Assembly (NCBI GenBank): GCA_043819135.1
Contig: JBDRFG010000060.1
Coordinates: 1-13,147 of the forward strand
Reading direction: 5' to 3'
DNA length: 13,147 bases
Source: Candidatus Eiseniibacteriota bacterium
GTDB lineage: Bacteria; Joyebacterota; Joyebacteria; Joyebacterales; Joyebacteraceae
Positions 8,540 through 13,147 of the stretch are shown one piece after another. The notes below the pieces were generated by a model, which saw nothing but the letters and a program-made list of their open reading frames with translations, ran no database searches and had not been told where the DNA came from. The translations under genes were made by a program, and so were the position numbers. How positions within the stretch are numbered: the stretch's first letter is position 1; every line of letters begins with the position of its first letter.

Positions 8540-9697
8540 CTACTCCGATCCTAGAATGTGCACCACGCACGATCCGCCCGTCCCGCCCATGTTCTGAGTC
8601 ATGCCGATCTTCGCGCCCTTGACCTGGCGCTTGTCGGCCTCACCTCTCAGCTGCTTGGTCACCTCAACGATCTGAGCAATGCCGGTCGCGCCTACGGGAT
8701 GCCCCTTCGACTTGAGCCCTCCACTGGCGTTGACCGGAATGCGCCCGCCGATCGCGCTCTCGCCGCTCTCGGCACTCGCGCCGCCCTTGCCTCTCTCGAA
8801 GAAGCCCAGCGCCTCGATCGCGCAGACCTCCGCGATCGTGAAGCAGTCGTGTACCTCGACGAGGTCGATGTCCGAAGGAGTGAGTCCGGCCTGCTCGTAC
8901 GCCTGCTCGCCGGCCTTCGCGACCGCGCCGAGCCACGCGAGGTCGTCGCGCGAGTGGAGGGCGATCGTGTCGGTAGCGTGCGCCGAGGCGAGGACCTTCA
9001 CAGGCTTGTTCTTCGTCAGATCCTTTGCCATCTCGAGCGGACAAATGATGACCGCCGCCGCGCCGTCCGTGATCGGAGAGCAGTCGAGAATGGTCAGAGG
9101 ATCAGCGATCATGACCGAGTTCAGAACCCTGTCGACCGTCAGCTCGAACGGGTACTGCGCGTGCGGGTTCTTCGACCCGTTCGCATGGTTCTTCACCGAG
9201 ATCGTCGCGAGCTGCTCGCGCGTCGTGCCGTGGGCGTGCATGTGCGCCACGGCCATCATCGCGTAGAGGCCCGGAAACGTCACGCCGTTGTAGACCTCAT
9301 ACTCCGCGTCGGCCGCCGTAGACAGCGCGAACGTCGCGCCGTCGCCGCCGATGTCGGTCATCTTCTCGACGCCGCCGGCCAGCACCACATCGTGCGCGCC
9401 GGACGCCACATCGAACATCGCAGACCTGAAGGCGATACCGCCGGAAGCGCACGCGCTTTCGACCCTGACGCCCGGGATCGGTCCCATGCCCAGGTAGTCC
9501 GCAAGGAGCGAACCCAGATGCTCCTGACCGACGAATAGGCCGCTCGACATGCAGCCCACATACAGCGCTTCGACCTTGTCGACTCCTGCGTCCGCGACGG
9601 CCTCGAGAGCGCTCTCGACGAAGATGTCCCTGAGGGACTTCTCCCAGAGCTCGCCCCACTTCGTCATCCCGACGCCAATGACAGCTACATCCCTCAT
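8540..9697 (-). CDS. Acetyl-CoA acetyltransferase, archaeal/SCP-x-type thiolase
   Basis: RVESACASG (catalytic Cys), [55 protein letters not shown] and NMGG. The HDCF/GHP pattern marks the archaeal/SCP2 class rather than the NEAF class. Start ATG 9697 with AGGAG. 385 aa. Confidence 0.92.
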   Translation of the reverse strand: MRDVAVIGVGMTKWGELWEKSLRDIFVESALEAVADAGVDKVEALYVGCMSSGLFVGQEHLGSLLADYLGMGPIPGVRVESACASGGIAFRSAMFDVASGAHDVVLAGGVEKMTDIGGDGATFALSTAADAEYEVYNGVTFPGLYAMMAVAHMHAHGTTREQLATISVKNHANGSKNPHAQYPFELTVDRVLNSVMIADPLTILDCSPITDGAAAVIICPLEMAKDLTKNKPVKVLASAHATDTIALHSRDDLAWLGAVAKAGEQAYEQAGLTPSDIDLVEVHDCFTIAEVCAIEALGFFERGKGGASAESGESAIGGRIPVNASGGLKSKGHPVGATGIAQIVEVTKQLRGEADKRQVKGAKIGMTQNMGGTGGSCVVHILGSE

Positions 9698-9757
9698 GTC
9701 GTTTCTCCTGTTAAGCAAGTTCACACGTTCCATATGCCGACGACCAACACGAACGGG

Positions 9758-10804
9758 CTACTCGCCCTTGCGTATCTTTCCGCGGTACTTCGTGTAGGTG
9801 CCGTAGTCGATGTAGACCTTGTGCTCGTCCAGCAGCGCACGCGTGAACGGCGCCTTCCCGCGCATCTTCGGCAGCTCGTCCGTCACCTCATACACGAACC
9901 CGTCGCTGCCGGCGCCTGAGCCGTACGAGACCATGAAGATCTTGTCTCCGGGCTTCGCCACATCTAGCGTCGCCGAGAGACCCATCGGTGAACTCCCCGA
10001 GTAGGTGTTGCCCAGGGTCGGCGAGAGCCACCCCGGTTCTATCTGCTCCTTCATGAACCCCAGCTGCTGTCCCACTCTCATCGGGAACTTGCCGTTCGGC
10101 TGGTGGAAGACGGCGTAGGCGAAGTCCGACGGCTTCATGCCGGTCTTCTCGAGCAGCGCGGTCGCGCAGCCCGTCACGTGCTTGAAGTAGGCGGGCTCGC
10201 CGGTGAACCGTCCGGCGTGCCGCGGGTAATGCATGTACTCCCGGCGCCAGAAGTCGGGTGTGTCGGTCATGAACGAGTTGGTCGCGAGCACCTTGGCGAT
10301 GCCGTCGCCACGGCCGATGATGTAGGCCGCGGCTCCCGCCGCCGCCGAGTACTCCAGAGCGTCGCCGGGCGCGCCCTGCGATGTGTCGGCGCCGATGGCC
10401 AGGCCGTACTCGATGTAGCCGGCGTCCACGAGCCCCATGCAGACGAACATGGCCTCGGAGCCCGCCTTGCACGCGAACTCGAAGTCGGCGCAGTGGCAAT
10501 CCGGCGTAGCGCCTATGGCCTCTGCTACCACGGTCCCGGACGGCTTGACCGCGTACGGGTGCGACTCGGAACCGACGTACACGGCCCCGATCTTCTTCGG
10601 GTCGATCCCGCAGCGCTTGAGCGCGCTTCTCGCGGCCTCCACCGACATCGTGATGACGTCCTGATCCGGCGACGGAACGGACTTCTCGCGGAGCATGAGG
10701 CCCTTCTTGTAGCTTGGTGCGTCGGCGCCCCAGACCTTGGCGATCTCTTCGACCTTGATCCGGTTTCTGGGAACGTATGCGCCGTAGCCAATGATTCCTG
10801 CCAT
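9758..10804 (-). CDS. Hydroxymethylglutaryl-CoA synthase, archaeal type
   Basis: [28 protein letters not shown] (Glu), EFACKAG (Cys), [38 protein letters not shown] (His), GNTYSG and SYGSGAGSD. Its 348-aa length is typical of the archaeal family. Start ATG 10804 with GAGG upstream. Confidence 0.92.
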   Translation of the reverse strand: MAGIIGYGAYVPRNRIKVEEIAKVWGADAPSYKKGLMLREKSVPSPDQDVITMSVEAARSALKRCGIDPKKIGAVYVGSESHPYAVKPSGTVVAEAIGATPDCHCADFEFACKAGSEAMFVCMGLVDAGYIEYGLAIGADTSQGAPGDALEYSAAAGAAAYIIGRGDGIAKVLATNSFMTDTPDFWRREYMHYPRHAGRFTGEPAYFKHVTGCATALLEKTGMKPSDFAYAVFHQPNGKFPMRVGQQLGFMKEQIEPGWLSPTLGNTYSGSSPMGLSATLDVAKPGDKIFMVSYGSGAGSDGFVYEVTDELPKMRGKAPFTRALLDEHKVYIDYGTYTKYRGKIRKGE

Positions 10805-10848
10805 GCAAACCTCTCTTCCCGCCAGCGCGTGTTGCCGTTTGACTTCCG

Positions 10849-11895
10849 CTAGCACATTATGTTGCGCACCATACGTATGCGACCTACGCGCCTCGCCGCC
10901 GCGGCCACGGCGACCCGGTACGGGGTCGTCCCTTCCTTCTTCGCTCTCGTTACGATCCCTGCCACAACGTCATAGACCCGCCGGGCCTCTTCGAGCAGCC
11001 GCTCCCTCGGAGCGTCCGCCAGTTCCGGCTCGGTCTGGTAAAGTTCTGCACCGCCGATGACGAAATCGGGCGCATAGAGGATGCCGCGCTCCTTAAGTGC
11101 GTCCGCATGCCTCGGCTCCTCAAGGAGGTCGGAGGCGGCGCCGGCTACTATCTTGCACTTGAGCTCCGGGATGGTCTCGTCGTTCAGTATCCGCCCCACG
11201 GCGCAGGGCGACAGAACGAAGCAGTCCAGACCCAGGATCTCTTCTGGCCGCACGATCTCGACGCCCGGATGGCGGTCCTGTACCGTCTTCAGCGCGTCGT
11301 ATCTGATGTCCGTGACGGTGATCCGCGCCTCCTCGCGCGCCAGTTCGTCCACCAGGAGCTGTCCGACGTCACCGACGCCCTGGACCGCGACGTGGACGCC
11401 CTTCAGGCTCGAACTCCCGGTCAGTTCCCGGACGCACGCTTTCATCCCCCACAGCACGCCCACCGCCGTTATCTCGTGGCTGCCCTCCATCGGCGCTATG
11501 CTCGACGTCTCCCGACGGACGTAGCGGAAGTCCCTGTCGGTCGTGCCGAGTGCCGGGTAGGCGACGAAGAGCCCTTTGAGCCCTTCGATGAACCTGCCGA
11601 ACGCTCTGAAGTACGCCTCGTCGGTCTCCTGACCTTCCTCGGTCATGAGCACGGCCGCGCCCCCGCCCATGTCGCTGTCGAACGAGGCGCTCTGAAACGT
11701 CGATATCTCCGAGAGCCTCAGAGCGTCGACGATCGCGTCCTCCTCGCGCTCGTACTCCATGAGCCTGGTGCCGCCGACCGAGGTCCCGAGCGTTGTGTCG
11801 TGGATCGCGATGATGGCCCGGAGCCCGGTGGGCTTGTTCAGGCAGAACACAAGCTGCTCGTGCCCTCTCGTCTTCATCCGATCGAAGATTGTCAT
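10849..11895 (-). CDS. Leucine dehydrogenase homologue (Glu/Leu/Phe/Val DH family) lacking catalytic residues; probable pseudo-enzyme
   Basis: HEQLVFC...[66 protein letters not shown] and GILYAPDFV align with LeuDH over the full length. TYK is replaced by TFQ, GGGK by GGGA, and TAEDVGT by AYPALGT. Start ATG 11895 overlaps the epimerase stop (ATGA). 348 aa. Confidence 0.88.
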   Translation of the reverse strand: MTIFDRMKTRGHEQLVFCLNKPTGLRAIIAIHDTTLGTSVGGTRLMEYEREEDAIVDALRLSEISTFQSASFDSDMGGGAAVLMTEEGQETDEAYFRAFGRFIEGLKGLFVAYPALGTTDRDFRYVRRETSSIAPMEGSHEITAVGVLWGMKACVRELTGSSSLKGVHVAVQGVGDVGQLLVDELAREEARITVTDIRYDALKTVQDRHPGVEIVRPEEILGLDCFVLSPCAVGRILNDETIPELKCKIVAGAASDLLEEPRHADALKERGILYAPDFVIGGAELYQTEPELADAPRERLLEEARRVYDVVAGIVTRAKKEGTTPYRVAVAAAARRVGRIRMVRNIMC

Positions 11896-12320
11896 GAGCC
11901 TTCGAACTCCTTCTTGTCGCACAGCTCCACCATTGTGCCCTGCGTGTCCTTCGGGTGCAGGAATGATATCCGCCCGCCGTGAATGCCCGGCTTCGGCTTG
12001 CCCAGGACGCGCACGCCGGCCCCGCCCACCTCGTCGAGGGCCTCGGGAAGGTCCGCTACCTCGAAAGCGACGTGATGGAACCCCGGGCCGCGCTTCTCGA
12101 GGAAGTCCGCGATGGCGCCCTCGCCCAGGGGATGGATGATCTCGATCATCATGTCGCCGACCTTCAGGAATGCGGCCTTCACGCCGTGAAGCTCAGACTC
12201 TTCTACCTTGAGCACCTCCAGCCCGAGAAGGTTGGCGTAGAAGTCGTACGCGGCGTCGAAGTCCTCGACGACTATCGAGATGTGGTCGACCCGTGTCGCT
12301 TTCGCCCTGGTTCCGCTCAT
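11892..12320 (-). CDS. mce: Methylmalonyl-CoA epimerase (VOC/glyoxalase fold)
   Basis: VDHISIVV.D...A..FY..LLGL, GVKAAFL, IE..P, IA.FLEKRGPGFHHVAFEV.D, G.HG..ISFLHPKDT.GT.VEL. Immediately downstream of the mutase. 142 aa. Confidence 0.9.
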   Translation of the reverse strand: MSGTRAKATRVDHISIVVEDFDAAYDFYANLLGLEVLKVEESELHGVKAAFLKVGDMMIEIIHPLGEGAIADFLEKRGPGFHHVAFEVADLPEALDEVGGAGVRVLGKPKPGIHGGRISFLHPKDTQGTMVELCDKKEFEGS

Positions 12321-12360
12321 ACTGCCCTCGTGTGGCGGCGCGCACGCGGCGCCGTTCGTG

Positions 12361-13147
12361 CTACCAGGCCGTATCGGACGGCCTGTATCGCCCGAAGACG
12401 CTCTCGAGCGCCGTCGTCATCTCTCCCAGCGTGGCTCGGTTCCTGGCGCACTCGAGCGCCGCCGCCATCGTCGGTCTTCCCGCTGCCGCGGCGTCCGTGA
12501 GCCTCCGGAGCGCTCCCTCGACGGCCGCGGCGTCGCGCCCGGCCCTGAGCTTCGAGAGGGCCGCGAGCTTGTCCCCTCTTATCGCGGGGTCGACCTTCAG
12601 AACGTCCATCTTCTCGGGCTCGTCGACCTCGTAGCTGTTCACTCCGACGACCAGCCGCTCACCCTGCTCGATCTCCTGCTGCTGGCGATAGGCGCTCCTG
12701 GCGATGGCTCTCTGGAAGTGACCCTTCTCGATGGCGGCCGTCGCCCCGCCCATGCCGTCTATCTTCTCGAGCTCGGCCAGGGCCTCGCTCTCTATCGTGT
12801 CGGTCAGCGCCTCGACGTAGTAGGAACCGCCCAGCGGGTCCGCGACGTTCGCGACGCCGCTCTCTTCTGCGAGGACCTGCTGCGTCCGGAGCGCTATGCG
12901 CGCGCTCTGCTCGGTCGGAAGCGCCAGCGCTTCGTCGCGCGAGTTCGTGTGCAGCGACTGCGTTCCGCCAAGGACCGCCGCCAGAGCCTGCACTGTCACG
13001 CGGACGACGTTGAGCTCCGGCTGCTGCGCGGTCAGGGTGCAGCCGGCCGTCTGCGTGTGGAACCGCATCATCTGCGCGCGCGGCGAGTCGATGCCGAAAC
13101 GGTCCCTCACGATGCGCGCCCACATCCTGCGGGCCGCCCTGAGCTTC
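12361..13147 (-). CDS. Acyl-CoA mutase large (substrate-binding) subunit, methylmalonyl-CoA mutase family, split type; 5'-truncated by the window edge
   Basis: The frame is open to the right edge: KLRAARRMWARI, RFHTQTAG.TLTAQQP..NVVR, LGGTQSLHTNS.DEALALPTE, ALRTQQ, DPLGGSYYVE.LT, VVGVN and ATLGE. It ends at VFGRYRP... with no DxHxxG cobalamin-binding domain. Confidence 0.9.
   Translation of the reverse strand, partial: KLRAARRMWARIVRDRFGIDSPRAQMMRFHTQTAGCTLTAQQPELNVVRVTVQALAAVLGGTQSLHTNSRDEALALPTEQSARIALRTQQVLAEESGVANVADPLGGSYYVEALTDTIESEALAELEKIDGMGGATAAIEKGHFQRAIARSAYRQQQEIEQGERLVVGVNSYEVDEPEKMDVLKVDPAIRGDKLAALSKLRAGRDAAAVEGALRRLTDAAAAGRPTMAAALECARNRATLGEMTTALESVFGRYRPSDTAW

Noticed and set aside
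9698..9757. Lower-GC spacers (here and 5429-5460) as internal promoters
   Set aside because: No convincing -35/-10 pair could be identified. They contain only ribosome-binding sites.
8037..10804. PhlABC-type (2,4-diacetylphloroglucinol) acyltransferase or other secondary-metabolite cluster
   Set aside because: No type III PKS or tailoring genes are present, the HMGCS retains the full archaeal synthase motifs, and the context is primary acyl-CoA metabolism.
10849..11895. Calling the degenerate LeuDH a pseudogene
   Set aside because: It is a full-length uninterrupted frame with a conserved scaffold and NAD-binding motif and an ATGA overlap with mce. The changes concentrate on active-site residues.
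952..11922. N-terminal extensions given in the ORF track (starts at 1044, 3410, 3897, 5464, 9733, 10855, 11922)
   Set aside because: They overlap upstream genes or lack family similarity. Downstream starts have SD motifs and match the family N-termini.
172..12363. Pyrrolysine or stop-codon readthrough suggested by frequent TAG
   Set aside because: TAG codons occur at normal C-termini, none interrupts a conserved domain, and at the two junctions checked (10849 and 172) the next gene is in a different frame.
1..13147. Many long plus-strand and alternative-frame ORFs (e.g. 1-684, 2505-3347, 7185-7994, 8558-9538, 11107-11982; minus 2068-3063, 5461-6453, 9888-10808)
   Set aside because: They are shadow ORFs overlapping well-supported minus-strand genes, are Arg/Ala/Gly/Pro-rich with no recognisable motifs, and are expected at high GC.

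Overview
This GC-rich, bacterial-looking window (Shine-Dalgarno motifs, butyrate kinase) holds 14 co-directional minus-strand genes, probably one long branched-chain amino acid/acyl-CoA operon running off both edges. Transcription order, right to left: split-type acyl-CoA mutase large subunit (partial), methylmalonyl-CoA epimerase, a leucine-dehydrogenase homologue lacking its catalytic residues, archaeal-type HMG-CoA synthase, archaeal-type thiolase, DUF35 Zn-ribbon/OB-fold protein, 3-methylcrotonyl-CoA carboxylase beta, LiuC-type hydratase, biotin carboxylase, biotin carrier protein, isovaleryl-CoA-type dehydrogenase, butyrate kinase, crotonase, and the 5' end of a second leucine dehydrogenase that the ORF track misses. 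Two features stand out. (1) A Liu-type leucine pathway has no HMG-CoA lyase in view and is instead joined to the archaeal thiolase/HMG-CoA synthase/DUF35 module. (2) An intact LeuDH pseudo-enzyme (K68Q, K80A, D115A) shares the cluster with a second LeuDH paralogue. No RNA genes, mobile elements or CRISPR arrays were seen. All family calls come from recognising motifs by eye, not from database searches.
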